Shown here: piece after piece, positions 20,026-30,026 of the stretch
How the letters are laid out: every line of letters begins with the position of its first letter
Position numbering within the stretch: position 1 is the stretch's first letter
From: Spirulina sp.
GTDB taxonomy: Bacteria; Cyanobacteriota; Cyanobacteriia; Phormidesmidales; Phormidesmidaceae
Reading direction: 5' to 3'
NCBI GenBank assembly: GCA_044070495.1
Contig: JBIPSI010000009.1
Coordinates: 32,001 to 96,000 of the forward strand
DNA: 64,000 bases
Program-made: the position numbers and the translations under genes
The notes under the pieces: generated by a model
What the model saw: only the letters and a program-made list of their open reading frames with translations
The model's database searches: none
Told to the model about the DNA's origin: nothing

Positions 20026-21396
20026 TTAAAGCATCCCTGCCGATTCGTAGAGGCGGCGCATAAAGGCTAGGATTTTGCGGCCATAGTCGGGGTCGCTATT
20101 CCAGCGTCCGGTGAGTTGATCGACCAGGGGCGCGATGCCACGGCGCACAAACTGAAACCGAGGATCCACCTGGCTTTGAATCAGGGGTTCTAGGCTGCCG
20201 TAGGCCTTCAGGTGTTGAATTTGGGCGCGAACCCCAATGCGGGCGGTGGGAAAGGACGATCCCTCTGGGCCACCGGTGGGGGATCCCAGTCCGCCAAAGT
20301 TGTTGTGAACAGGGTTTAGGCTGCCGCCAAAATGGAGGGTATTGGTTTCCACCAGCATTTGGCAAAAGGCGATGTCGTGGTTGACACCCTCAACGGCGGA
20401 CTCTTCTCGGTAGAGCTTGGCCAAATCCTGGTACTGGGTGACGGCGGCCTCATTGACGGTTTTGAGGAACATGATCAACTGCACCTCGGAGGTGCTGCCC
20501 AAGCCCATCAACCGATCCATCGCCCCAGGGCAGATTCCCATGCCCGTGGCCGACCGCAGCAGCAGGGTGCGAGTTTCGCCATTCCAGTTCACAGAAACGT
20601 TGTAGCTCCGTAGATCGACGGCCTTGATGTAAACCACGTTGCCGTAGCGCAAGCGGGTAATATTAGGGGCGTTGGTGAGGTCTACCCCCAGCAGGTCAGC
20701 GAGGTCTACGGGAATATAGGAGTTGTTGTTGACGATGATTCCGGTTTCGGGATAGATACCGCCGTTGATGCTGATGCGGATTTCGGGAAAGGTGGAACCA
20801 CTGGCGGCGCTGGTACTGGCGGCTACCGCTGGAGCCACAGATCGACTCCAGGAGGCCAGCCCATCGGCCAGCCCTAGGGCAATGTCCCGCCGCTGGTTTT
20901 GGATGATGGCTAAATCCTGGGGGCTGTTGAGATGGCCAATTTCCATCAGCAGCGAGGGGCAGCGCAGGGAACGGGTGAAGTCTAGCCGCCCCGTTGGCGA
21001 TTCGGTGTCGGGTTTAGCGCCTCGGCTGGGCAGTGGGGTCACCCGTCGCCGCAGGGCCAGCAGCAGGATCTCGGCGTGGGAACGACGCACCTCGTTTTGG
21101 GCGATGTAGAACACGGCGGAACCGCGCACCCCCGGATCGCTGTAGGCCCCGCCATGCACCTCTAGGGCCACATCCTGGGGCTGACAGCGCATGTTAATCC
21201 AGGCCAGGGTTTGGGCGGTGCTCAGATCATCGGGTACCGCCAGCACGGGCAGCCCCCGCGACCGTAGCTCAGCGACGACCAAATCTCGCACCTGAATCAT
21301 CTCTGCGGCTTCCGTTGTGCCGGGTAACACCAGGCCAGGATCAGCGACCCCCTCTTCATAACCGCCGTGGCCTGCTGAAATAAAAATCTGTGCCAT
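20026..21396 (-). CDS. tftA: TftA-like cell-wall hydrolase (Amidase_3 + glucosaminidase; hormogonium tapered-terminus morphoprotein)
   Basis: IFISAGHGG...DPG...TTEA.EM...VPDDLS amidase domain; C-terminal IAFCQM..ET...NNFGGLG...QHLKAY...LTGRW. Confidence 0.82.
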   Translation of the reverse strand: MAQIFISAGHGGYEEGVADPGLVLPGTTEAAEMIQVRDLVVAELRSRGLPVLAVPDDLSTAQTLAWINMRCQPQDVALEVHGGAYSDPGVRGSAVFYIAQNEVRRSHAEILLLALRRRVTPLPSRGAKPDTESPTGRLDFTRSLRCPSLLMEIGHLNSPQDLAIIQNQRRDIALGLADGLASWSRSVAPAVAASTSAASGSTFPEIRISINGGIYPETGIIVNNNSYIPVDLADLLGVDLTNAPNITRLRYGNVVYIKAVDLRSYNVSVNWNGETRTLLLRSATGMGICPGAMDRLMGLGSTSEVQLIMFLKTVNEAAVTQYQDLAKLYREESAVEGVNHDIAFCQMLVETNTLHFGGSLNPVHNNFGGLGSPTGGPEGSSFPTARIGVRAQIQHLKAYGSLEPLIQSQVDPRFQFVRRGIAPLVDQLTGRWNSDPDYGRKILAFMRRLYESAGML

Positions 21397-21548
21397 GGTG
21401 ACAAGGTGTTGAGCGACTCTCTGGCCAGAATCATACCTATGAACTGGCCGATTGGGACGGATTTTGCCCTGGGCCGATGCCAGGAACCTCGCCCTAGGCC
21501 ATGCCCCTTCCGCCAAGCACCATTGGGTGTTGACGGAAGGGGGGCAGT

Positions 21549-22121
21549 TCACCCTCGACCGAAGGCTTGCAGCCGATCCCCGGTGATACGGCACAATTGC
21601 CACTCTGGCTTTAGCTCGGCTCCCATGCGCTGATAAAACTCGATGGCGGGGGTGTTCCAATCCAGCACACTCCACTCGAACCGACCACAGCCCTGGGACA
21701 GCGCCAGTTGGCCCAAATACCGAAACAACGCCTGCCCCACACCCCGACGACGGTAGGTGGGCAGCACGAAGAGATCCTCAAGGTATAGCCCAGGCTGCAT
21801 TAAAAATGTCGAGAAGTTGTAGAAATAGAGGGCCATTCCGGCGACGGTTCCGTCGATCTCTGCGATCACAGCCTCGGCGTAGGGCCGATCTCCGAATAGG
21901 TTTTGGGCCAAATCCTCCGGCGATCCGGTGACTTCGTGGGAAAGCTTTTCGTACTCCGCTAGGGCCTGAATTAAAGCGACTAGCGTGGCGATATCGGCTG
22001 GGGTGGCGGGGCGAATCGTCACGGAGGAGGCGGTGCTAGTAGAGAGTTCCGCCGTAGAGGCATCGCTGGTGACCGGGATCCCATCAGATAAAGGCTGTAA
22101 GGGGTGATCGGCATGGGTCAT
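21549..22121 (-). CDS. GNAT N-acetyltransferase (SSAT-like)
   Basis: LAEYEK, YLEDLFV, RRRGVG, WSVLDWN.PAI.FY motifs. Confidence 0.92.
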   Translation of the reverse strand: MTHADHPLQPLSDGIPVTSDASTAELSTSTASSVTIRPATPADIATLVALIQALAEYEKLSHEVTGSPEDLAQNLFGDRPYAEAVIAEIDGTVAGMALYFYNFSTFLMQPGLYLEDLFVLPTYRRRGVGQALFRYLGQLALSQGCGRFEWSVLDWNTPAIEFYQRMGAELKPEWQLCRITGDRLQAFGRG

Positions 22122-22260
22122 GGAAAACGTACTCGCTTCGGCTAGAGACAGGTATTTATCCTATACCGCCCTACCTTGAATTTCGCCTTGCCGCCGCCTT
22201 GCCACCGCTAACGTCCAGGGATGGGGCTAGACCATTCGCCAGTCACCCCCTATCCAGACC

Positions 22261-23001
22261 CTAGGAAAGGTGAGAGGCGAAGTGGGCATGGTGACTATGG
22301 CCGTTGGTTTCGGCGGTTACGCGCTCAATGTTGAACCGATACCCGACGTTGCGTACGGTTTGGATGATGTTTGGCTGGCGCGGATCGACCTCGATTTTTT
22401 TGCGCAAAGATAGAATGTGGGTATCGACGGTGCGGGGGTTATCGATGGCATCGGGCCAAGCGCGGCGCAGCAGATCTGTCCGGCTGAGGGGAGATCCAGA
22501 GGCCTGGGTGAGTACGTAGAGGAGACTAAATTCCTGGGGAGTGAGGTCAATATATTCGCCACGAAAGCGCACCCGACGCTGCACGAGATCAATATTTAAG
22601 TCGCCGTAGGTCAGGGAAGCAGGGGCGTTCATGAGCCGAATCCGGCGGGTCAGGGCTTCCACCCGGGCTAAAAACTCCTGCATCCCAAAGGGCTTGGTGA
22701 GGTAGTCATCGGCCCCGGCCCGCAACCCCGATACAATATCGGCTTCGGTGGTGCAGGCCGAAAGAATCATAATCAGGGGCTGGCCATGGCTGTGGAGCCA
22801 GCGACATAGTTCTAGGCCGTCACCATCGGGCAATTGGGAATCTAGGATGACCAAATTGGGCTGCTTAGCTTGGAACAGATCACGGGTTCGCACCATATCG
22901 GCTGACTGAAAAACCTGATAGCCAGCCTGCTGAAGGTGCCAGCCCAAGAGCGATCGCAAATGGGGGTTGCCCTCAATGACGTGAACGGATACAGAGCCCA
23001 C
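22261..23001 (-). CDS. nrrA: OmpR-family nitrogen-responsive regulator NrrA (Rre37)
   Basis: EGNPHLRSLLGWHLQQ...WPDAIDNPRT matches Anabaena All4312 as I recall it; an NtcA promoter lies upstream. Confidence 0.88.
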   Translation of the reverse strand: MGSVSVHVIEGNPHLRSLLGWHLQQAGYQVFQSADMVRTRDLFQAKQPNLVILDSQLPDGDGLELCRWLHSHGQPLIMILSACTTEADIVSGLRAGADDYLTKPFGMQEFLARVEALTRRIRLMNAPASLTYGDLNIDLVQRRVRFRGEYIDLTPQEFSLLYVLTQASGSPLSRTDLLRRAWPDAIDNPRTVDTHILSLRKKIEVDPRQPNIIQTVRNVGYRFNIERVTAETNGHSHHAHFASHLS

Positions 23002-23036
23002 AGAGATTAGGAATAAACGTCAAATTTTATCCGCCA

Positions 23037-23078
23037 AACATATCAAAGGCCGCTCGGCTTTTTTGTAGCTAGGGTTAC
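23037..23078 (-). promoter_or_regulatory. NtcA-activated (class II) promoter of nrrA
   Basis: GTA-N8-TAC at 23065-23078, then exactly 22 nt to a TAN3T box (TATGTT, 23042-23037, minus strand). Confidence 0.85.
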
Positions 23079-23366
23079 GCCAAGCTGCCCCCCAGGAATA
23101 ATCAGCTTCAGAGCGATTCGGGCTCTCCTATCCTAGGGCGCTTCCCATGGCCTAAGGGCCATGCCGCGATGGGTGATCGTCTGGCCATCTCGTCTGGCCA
23201 TCTCGCGTGATCACCCTTGGGCGGCCCCTAGGGTGATTTCCAGATCAAGGCGATGGTTAACTAGCCTACAGAACCTAAAAAAAGTGGAAGATCGGTAGAA
23301 TCGGAACTGGGCTAAATAGTCTTAAAATCGCGAATTAACGGCAAAAAAGACGCCGTAGCTCCTAAA

Positions 23367-23816
23367 TTGGGCCATGGCCTCCCCGGTATGATGAGGTTAG
23401 CTATGGTCTTTCCAAACATGATCCCCCTCCATGACGGCTATATTCTCGTTCTAGCTTCAGATCATCAGGAAATTCGTAATATCCACGCCATAGAGGCTGA
23501 TTTGCCCTATCCGGTGGTGGTAGCCCGTTCAGTAGAGCAAGCGATGACCCAACTCGGTCAAGGAAACCCTTGTCTCGTCATTTTGATCGATCCCAGTGAC
23601 CCGTCTTGGCCACAGACGTTGGTACGACATTTGAGACAAAACTCACCTGCCGATAATGTGACCATTGTGGCTCTTACCGATTCTGCCAGCCCCCAGTGGA
23701 ATCATACCGAAGACACCCCAGAACTGGACGGTTTTCTAGTCAGACCGCTCAGCCTCGATATTGTGAAATCCTTAGTAGAGTCGGCCCATGCCCGCCAGAC
23801 TTGGCATGGGATTTAA
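23367..23816 (+). CDS. Atypical receiver-like domain protein; start uncertain
   Basis: CheY-like pattern (PCLVIL, IVALT, DGFLVRP) with the conserved Lys replaced by Arg and no acidic pair. Confidence 0.7.
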   Translation: MGHGLPGMMRLAMVFPNMIPLHDGYILVLASDHQEIRNIHAIEADLPYPVVVARSVEQAMTQLGQGNPCLVILIDPSDPSWPQTLVRHLRQNSPADNVTIVALTDSASPQWNHTEDTPELDGFLVRPLSLDIVKSLVESAHARQTWHGI

Positions 23817-23966
23817 AGCGCCTGCCCCGAAGGAGATCTATCCAACGGGGATTAATGTTAAAAAAGTTTTTATTTCAACGCGTATTTTAACGGTTTAAAC
23901 ACAGAGAAAACCATGGGTAGGTCGGCTGAACTGGGTATGCTTTGAGGAGGTCAAGGGGGCCTTTCC

Positions 23967-24263
23967 ATGCTGCCAAAAATCCTAGAAGAACGTCGCATTC
24001 CAATTTTCAAGTTCTGGTTTGGTGGGGCCTTGCAAGATGGCGCACACTATCAAAACGAGCTGTATTACCGAGCGCTAACGGTGGAGAGCGACAAACGCAC
24101 CCGCCTATATCACCTAGCCTGCAAGCTCAGTGAAAAAGGCGGTGCCGTGGTGGTTTCGTTGGATGACAACCAGTGCAGCCTGTGGATTAGCCTACGCGAT
24201 CAAGCCCTAGCCCACAAAACCATGGAGGGTCGGGTAGCGGGGCTGCCGCGCCCATCCCTTTAG
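23967..24263 (+). CDS. Small conserved cyanobacterial hypothetical protein
   Basis: MLP.IL.E..I..FKFW...CSLWISLR pattern; purine-rich RBS-like sequence upstream. Confidence 0.75.
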   Translation: MLPKILEERRIPIFKFWFGGALQDGAHYQNELYYRALTVESDKRTRLYHLACKLSEKGGAVVVSLDDNQCSLWISLRDQALAHKTMEGRVAGLPRPSL

Positions 24264-24444
24264 CGGGCAAGGTACCAGAACAAAAGTGACGGAGAGGGCT
24301 GGAAGCTAGGGCTGACGGGCATTGCATTAAGAATTATGAAACCACTTCAATTGATCGCCACAGTAGGTTTGAGCAGATTAGGAATCGAGGGTATGAAGTT
24401 TGGATTGGGGATCGTGGCTGACCTAGGGCTAGAGGTGAGGGCCG

Positions 24445-24660
24445 CTAAAACAGGGTTAAATCCCACTCCGCATCGCTGAATTGGTCTGGCCCCACCAGAT
24501 CAGCCCGCACGGCCAGGTAGCGGCTGCAATAGATCGACGATTGCTTAAAGCGAGGGTTAGGGCGTCCGGCCTGGGCGTCTTGTTCGGCGTAGGCTTCTAG
24601 ATATTCTGGGGCAATGGCCTGGGTTTTTACCTGGACAGCGTTGGATTCCGGAACAGACAT
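24445..24660 (-). CDS. Small hypothetical protein
   Basis: 71-aa ORF with a GGAGG RBS. Confidence 0.7.
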   Translation of the reverse strand: MSVPESNAVQVKTQAIAPEYLEAYAEQDAQAGRPNPRFKQSSIYCSRYLAVRADLVGPDQFSDAEWDLTLF

Positions 24661-24784
24661 CAGCTCCTCCCACCGTGATAGCGGATTTTCTTGTTCCTAA
24701 AGATAATCCCAATGCCCCAAAAGTGGGTCAGGCTTTCAAAAGGTTTAAGGGTGCGGCCTCTCCCCTTGGCCCTACTGTAACGGC

Positions 24785-25825
24785 CTACCCTACGTAGAGG
24801 TTCATCACCAGCGTTAGCAAAAAGACGATTTGCGCGGCGAGAACAAACAGATAGATAATCGCCCGTCCTTTAAATACCGTCAGCAGCAGACTGATGTTTT
24901 TGAGGTCGATCATGGGGCCAAACACCAGGAAGGCCAGCAACGACCCGCTCGTAAACACCGAGGCGAAGGACAGGGCAAAGAAGGAATCTACCGTGGAGCA
25001 AATGGAGACCACCCAGGCCAGGGCCATCATCGCCACGATGGAGGTGACTGGCCCCTGGCCCAGGCTGAGGATCACGTCCCTAGGAATGGCGACCTGCACA
25101 AAGGCGGCAATGGCGCTGCCTAGGATTAGCACAGCCCCCAGTTCTCGCATCTCCAGCACCATGTTGTCCACCATCATGCGTAGGCGTACTCGCATCGGCG
25201 GCGGGGCACCCGTTACCTGGGCCAACACCTGGGCGGGGGGGGCATCCAGTTGCAGCACTTGGCCGGGGGCCTGCATCAAAAATGTGCCAGATTTTAGGAG
25301 CGGAGAAATCTCTTCGTCGGGGGTGGCTTGACCGTTGGCACTGACCTTAGGAGCCGGTTCCGGATCGGCCATCATACGGGCCAGATTGTCTTGCAAAAAG
25401 GGCCGCATGTCGGCTTGGGTGCTGAAAATTAGGGCGATGGTCATGGCCACAATCAGCGTAAAAATCACCCGCAAAAAGACGATTTCTGGCTGGTCACGGA
25501 AGGCAATCCAGGTGGCCCAAAACACGATGGGGTTCACCGTGGGAGCCGCCAGCAAAAAGCCGATGGCCAGTGCCGTGGGGGCACCTTTCATCATCAACCG
25601 CCGCGCCACGGGGATGTTGCCACACTCGCACACCGGGAACAGAAAGCCAATTAGGCCCCCCGCTAAGGCCGCCAAAAGGGCATTGCGGGGAACCAGGGTT
25701 AGCAGCTTTTGCTCGTCTACAAACAGCAGCAGCACACTGGAAAAAATCACCCCTAACAGCAGAAAGGGCATCGCCTCTACCAGCAAGCTGAAAAATAGAG
25801 TGATGCCGTTATTGAGTTGAACCAT
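24785..25825 (-). CDS. DUF318/ArsP-family permease
   Basis: EAMPFLLLG, FPVCECG, SICSTVD, GPMIDLK motifs. Confidence 0.9.
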   Translation of the reverse strand: MVQLNNGITLFFSLLVEAMPFLLLGVIFSSVLLLFVDEQKLLTLVPRNALLAALAGGLIGFLFPVCECGNIPVARRLMMKGAPTALAIGFLLAAPTVNPIVFWATWIAFRDQPEIVFLRVIFTLIVAMTIALIFSTQADMRPFLQDNLARMMADPEPAPKVSANGQATPDEEISPLLKSGTFLMQAPGQVLQLDAPPAQVLAQVTGAPPPMRVRLRMMVDNMVLEMRELGAVLILGSAIAAFVQVAIPRDVILSLGQGPVTSIVAMMALAWVVSICSTVDSFFALSFASVFTSGSLLAFLVFGPMIDLKNISLLLTVFKGRAIIYLFVLAAQIVFLLTLVMNLYVG

Positions 25826-25950
25826 CGGTCTTGAACCCCAGCTATGGCCATGACTCGGCAGGTCTGCCGCTGAACCGGATCGCCCCAGCTAGGCAGACGC
25901 CTATTTTAGCGGATCTTGCTAAGACCAGTCCGTTGTCGGGGATCGCTGGG

Positions 25951-26030
25951 GATCCCCCCTAGCCCCCCTAAAAAAGGGGGGAATCAGACTCAAAGTCCCC
26001 CTTTTTTAGGGGGATTTAGGGGGATCTCCA
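25951..26030. repeat. CCCCCT/AAGGGGG double-hairpin repeat core
   Basis: GATCCCCCCTAGCCCCCC..AAGGGGGGAA..TCAAAGTCCCCC..AGGGGGATTTAGGGGGATCTCCA, the same core as at ~12213 and ~30101. Confidence 0.85.
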
Positions 26031-26067
26031 GGTGAATTGCGAGCACGCCAAGGTGGGTGTAGGCCGA

Positions 26068-26625
26068 CTACCGAATGCGGTTGGGGGTAGAACGCCGATG
26101 GCGCATCCGACGAATCAGGGGCAAACCCAGGTAGTAGCTGAGAAAGCCCATCGCCAAACCGACCACAGTACTGCCCAGCATCAGCCTTACCGAGACCTCG
26201 GTGCCCATGTCGGCCCAGCCCCGCAGGCTATCCAGGTCGGTAAAGCCCTTGGTGGAACTGCTGCCCAACATCCAGACCCCCACCTGGTAGTTGAAGGCAA
26301 AGATGGGCAGGTAGGTAAAGGGGTTGCTAATCCAGGTGGAAGCCGCCGCCATGATGCGATTGCCGCGCAACACCGTGGCTACGGCGACACCGATAATAAT
26401 TTGCAAGCCAAACAGCGGGAAGCAGCCGGAAAACACACCGCTGGCCATGCCCCTCGCCAACTGTTCGGGACTGCCCTGGAGCCGGATAAAACGCAGATAG
26501 ACGTAGCGTAGCTTGCGCTGCCAATCCGACGGAAATACCTTACGCATAGCGGAATTTGGGCGAAGTTCGGTGTCTTTGGTCAGGGTCATAGAGGCAACGC
26601 AATGGGGAGAGAACGGGATGGACAT
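26068..26625 (-). CDS. DUF2062 family membrane protein
   Basis: SPEQLARG.A.GVF...P.FGLQ...TWISNP.T motif. Confidence 0.88.
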   Translation of the reverse strand: MSIPFSPHCVASMTLTKDTELRPNSAMRKVFPSDWQRKLRYVYLRFIRLQGSPEQLARGMASGVFSGCFPLFGLQIIIGVAVATVLRGNRIMAAASTWISNPFTYLPIFAFNYQVGVWMLGSSSTKGFTDLDSLRGWADMGTEVSVRLMLGSTVVGLAMGFLSYYLGLPLIRRMRHRRSTPNRIR

Positions 26626-26823
26626 AAAAAATCGATCCCTATCTGCCGGGGTACGTCCGGTCAGGGATCAGCGGTAGCGGCACAAACTCGTGTTAAGGAA
26701 TGATTCTTTTCTATTCTATCGGTGGAGATTTGGATAGACCAGATTTGCATGGGCCAGATTTGCACAGACCAATGGCCTAGACCCAGTATCCCATCCAGTG
26801 TGGCGGAGGTGTCCTGCCACCGC

Positions 26824-26891
26824 ATCGCCAAACCCACGGAATCGCCAAACTCACGGAGTCGCCAAACCTACGGAATCGCCAAACCCACGGG
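26824..26891. repeat. 17-bp tandem repeat x4
   Basis: ATCGCCAAACCCACGGA / ATCGCCAAACTCACGGA / GTCGCCAAACCTACGGA / ATCGCCAAACCCACGGG. Confidence 0.9.
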
Positions 26892-27041
26892 GCTTTACCC
26901 GACCCGACGCGGAAAACCCCGATTCCCAGTCCGACAATCCGTAGGGACGAGGTCTCCTCGTCCGCTGATACCGATGGAACCAAGCCAGATTGAGTACCTT
27001 CACCGCCACTAGTGCCATCAACCCCTCAGCCCAACCACCCC

Positions 27042-27527
27042 ATGAGCAAAGCCAACGCCAAAACCAACGCCGCCCGCATCCTCGACCGCCTCAAGCTGCC
27101 CTACCAGGTCTTAGCGTATGAGGTCGATCCCGATGACCTGGCTGCCGAAAGTACCGCCGCCAAACTGGGTCTGCCGCCGGAGCAGGTGTTCAAAACCCTG
27201 GTGGCACGGGGAGATCGCCAGGGGGTTTGCCTTGCCGTGGTGCCCGGAAATGCCCAGCTTGACCTCAAAGCCCTGGCCGGCCTTGCCGGAGAGCGCAAGG
27301 TAGACACCGTGCCCCTGAAGGACGTACAGCCGTTGACGGGCTACATTCGCGGCGGCGTGACGGCCCTGGGCACCAAGAAAACCTACCCCGTCTATGTGGA
27401 TGAATCGATTTTGGCCTTCGACCAAGTGGCCGTTTCCGCCGGAAAACGAGGGCTAATGCTGTGGCTTGCTCCCCAGGACTACCTCACCGCCACCCAAGCC
27501 ACCCTAGGGCCGCTGGCAAAGCCGTAA
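27042..27527 (+). CDS. ybaK: Cys-tRNA(Pro) deacylase YbaK
   Basis: KTNAARILD, QVFKTLV, TGYIRGG, SAGKRG motifs. Confidence 0.93.
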   Translation: MSKANAKTNAARILDRLKLPYQVLAYEVDPDDLAAESTAAKLGLPPEQVFKTLVARGDRQGVCLAVVPGNAQLDLKALAGLAGERKVDTVPLKDVQPLTGYIRGGVTALGTKKTYPVYVDESILAFDQVAVSAGKRGLMLWLAPQDYLTATQATLGPLAKP

Positions 27528-27549
27528 TCCGCAATTCCAGCAGAGATTG

Positions 27550-27614
27550 AGATCCCAGGGTTCTATAGAGATGTCATCATCTTCGACAAGACCCTAGGCA
27601 GAACCCTGGGATCT
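27550..27614. repeat. 15-bp perfect inverted repeat with 35-nt spacer
   Basis: AGATCCCAGGGTTCT ... AGAACCCTGGGATCT. Confidence 0.8.
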
Positions 27615-27673
27615 GAAGGGTTGGCCGCCACCCCCTGCGCTAGGATCAAAGCGGATTCCCACCCCCCACTCCC

Positions 27674-28375
27674 ATGACCTCATCCCCGCCCCCCAACCCC
27701 AGCCGATCCCCCTGGGATTTTGGCCGATTGGTGCAAACCCTGGATTTTTTCGAGTCCATCCCTGTCGTCAGCAACCTAAAAGCAATGTTTTCTGGTTCCC
27801 AGTCTCCGAAGCCGCCCCAGATAAAGAATGGAGTGCTGTTTGATTTCAGCCATCCCCGCTCATCGACCAGCCTGGAGGCGATGGCCCTGTGGGGGGCGCT
27901 GGATGATGTGGTGATGGGGGGCGTTAGCAACAGCGGGTTTCAGGCGAGGGAGGAAGCGGCCTGCTTTACCGGAAATGTCTCCACCGATAATTCCGGGGGG
28001 TTTGCCTCGGTACGCACCCGCAATTTCGATCCACCCCTAAATCTGGGCACCTACCAGGGGCTAACCCTGCGCCTGCGGGGAGATGGTCAGCGCTACAAAA
28101 TTTTCCTACGGGATCGGGAAGGCTGGGACGCCGTGGCCTACGGGTTGTCCTTCGATACGGTGCCCCAGGAGTGGATCACTGTGCAGGTGCCCTTTAGCGA
28201 CTTGGTGCCCGTGTTTCGCGCCCGTTCCCAGCCCGACACCAAACCCTTGGATCCCACCAGCATCCGATCTCTCCAACTGATGCTGAGCAAGTTTGAGTAC
28301 GACAAAGCCCTCAATCCCCACTTCACCCCTGGCCCTTTTTGCCTAGAGGTGCAGACCATTGCGGCCTATCGTTAG
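27674..28375 (+). CDS. CIA30/NDUFAF1 family protein
   Basis: WGALDDVVMGGVS, NSGGFASVR, GDGQRYK, MLSKFE motifs. Confidence 0.92.
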   Translation: MTSSPPPNPSRSPWDFGRLVQTLDFFESIPVVSNLKAMFSGSQSPKPPQIKNGVLFDFSHPRSSTSLEAMALWGALDDVVMGGVSNSGFQAREEAACFTGNVSTDNSGGFASVRTRNFDPPLNLGTYQGLTLRLRGDGQRYKIFLRDREGWDAVAYGLSFDTVPQEWITVQVPFSDLVPVFRARSQPDTKPLDPTSIRSLQLMLSKFEYDKALNPHFTPGPFCLEVQTIAAYR

Positions 28376-28418
28376 TTGGTTGTTATTGGTTGTTGGTTAT
28401 TGGTTCTTGGCTATTGGA
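28376..28418. repeat. STRR-like degenerate heptamer tract
   Basis: Repeats of TT(A/G)TTGG-type units directly after the stop codon. Confidence 0.55.
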
Positions 28419-28559
28419 TGTTTGAAGACCGTGGGGTTGGGTTCGCCTACTCGTCATCAACGACTCACCCTAGCCAACTAGCGACCTATTTGCCCCTCGT
28501 CAGCATGGCAAAATGGGGAAACTTGGTTTACTTCTGCCGTTCATCCCTGGATTGCTGCA

Positions 28560-30023
28560 ATGTCTAGCCCCGACGTTTCTTTGCCCAGTCCTCCACCCTC
28601 CCAATCTGCCCGACCTACCCTAGGACTGCTGACCATGCTGCGCCTGGGGGTGTTCAACATGGGGCTGGGCATTATGTCCCTGCTCACCCTGGGGGTACTC
28701 AACCGGGTGATGATTGAGGAACTGCGGGTTCCGGCTCTGATTGCGGCGGGCACCATTGCGGTGCACCAATTCATGGCCCCGGCGCGGGTGTGGTTTGGCC
28801 AAATGTCCGATGCTCGGCCCCTGCTGGGCTACCACCGTAGCGGCTATATCTGGCTGGGCATTGCCTCGGTGGCGGTGCTCTCCTTTTTGGCGCTGCAAGT
28901 GGTGTGGCAAATTGGCAGCCGCACCCTAGATGGCGGCTGGGGGCCGGGGGTATATCCCTGGGTGGGGCTGTTGGGGCTGTTGTTTGCGGCCTACGGCTTG
29001 GCCCTCAGCGCTACGTCAACGCCCTTCACCGCCCTGCTGGTGGATGTGTCCGATGACGATACCCGATCTCGCCTGGTGAGCATTGGCTGGGCCATGCTGA
29101 TGGTGGGCATCATCACCGGGGTGATCATTAGCTCCATTGTGCTGAAGCCCATTGAACTGGGTGCCCCCTTCGAGCAGGTACGCAGTGCCGTCAATCGCCT
29201 TTTCATCATTGCGCCAGCGGTGGTCTGTGCCCTGGCTATCCTCAGCACCTACGGCATCGAGCGCAAATATTCGCGCCTGAGAGAACGGTCTTCGCTCAAG
29301 GATCGAGAGGACGGCCTCACCCTGCGACAGGCCCTTGGCATTCTCACCGCCAGCCGCCAAACGGCTTTGTTCTTTGGCTTTTTGCTGGTACTCAGCCTCA
29401 GCCTGTTTATGCAAGACGCCATCCTCGAACCCTACGGCGGTGAGGTGTTTGGAATGACCATCGCCGAAACCACCCAGCTCAATGCCGCCTTTGGCATGGG
29501 CACACTGCTGGGGATTATCTTCACGGGCTGGCTGGTGGTGCCCCGCATCGGCAAGCAGCGCACGGTGAAGCTGGGCTGTAGCTGGGCGGCGCTTTGCCTG
29601 GTGGGACTGATCTTGTCAGGACTGACGGCCTCGCCCCAGGTGTTGCTGTCGGCGGTGTTCTTGTTTGGTACGGCGTCCGGGGTGCTTACCCTAGGGGCGA
29701 TTGTGCTGATGCTGGATCTGACGGTGGCGGAAACGGCGGGTACCTTCATCGGCGCGTGGGGGTTGGCCCAGGCCATCGCCAGGGGCAGCGCCACGGTGCT
29801 AGGGGGCGGTTTGTTGGATCTCGGTCGGGTCATCTTTGGCGGCGGGCAGGGATCCGCTGCGGTGGGCGAACCCAATGCCCTATGGGCCTACGGGCTAGTG
29901 TTTGGCCTCCAGGCGGTGGGCATGATGGTGGCGATTGGGTTGCTGAGCCGAGTGGATATTCACGAATTTCAATCCAACGCCAAGGCCGCTATCACCGCTG
30001 CTTTAGAAAGCGATATGGATTAG
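28560..30023 (+). CDS. BCD/PucC family MFS transporter (chlorophyll delivery-type)
   Basis: RLG.F.MGLG.M..L..GVLNRVMI.EL, FGQMSD, QDAILEPYGG, GAWGLAQA motifs. Confidence 0.92.
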   Translation: MSSPDVSLPSPPPSQSARPTLGLLTMLRLGVFNMGLGIMSLLTLGVLNRVMIEELRVPALIAAGTIAVHQFMAPARVWFGQMSDARPLLGYHRSGYIWLGIASVAVLSFLALQVVWQIGSRTLDGGWGPGVYPWVGLLGLLFAAYGLALSATSTPFTALLVDVSDDDTRSRLVSIGWAMLMVGIITGVIISSIVLKPIELGAPFEQVRSAVNRLFIIAPAVVCALAILSTYGIERKYSRLRERSSLKDREDGLTLRQALGILTASRQTALFFGFLLVLSLSLFMQDAILEPYGGEVFGMTIAETTQLNAAFGMGTLLGIIFTGWLVVPRIGKQRTVKLGCSWAALCLVGLILSGLTASPQVLLSAVFLFGTASGVLTLGAIVLMLDLTVAETAGTFIGAWGLAQAIARGSATVLGGGLLDLGRVIFGGGQGSAAVGEPNALWAYGLVFGLQAVGMMVAIGLLSRVDIHEFQSNAKAAITAALESDMD

Positions 30024-30026
30024 GTG

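Noticed and set aside
21397..21675. N-terminal extension of the TftA-like ORF
   Set aside because: It overlaps the GNAT gene, and family similarity begins at MAQIFISAGHGG.
26824..26891. Possible CRISPR array
   Set aside because: The repeats are contiguous 17-mers with no spacers, and there are no cas genes.
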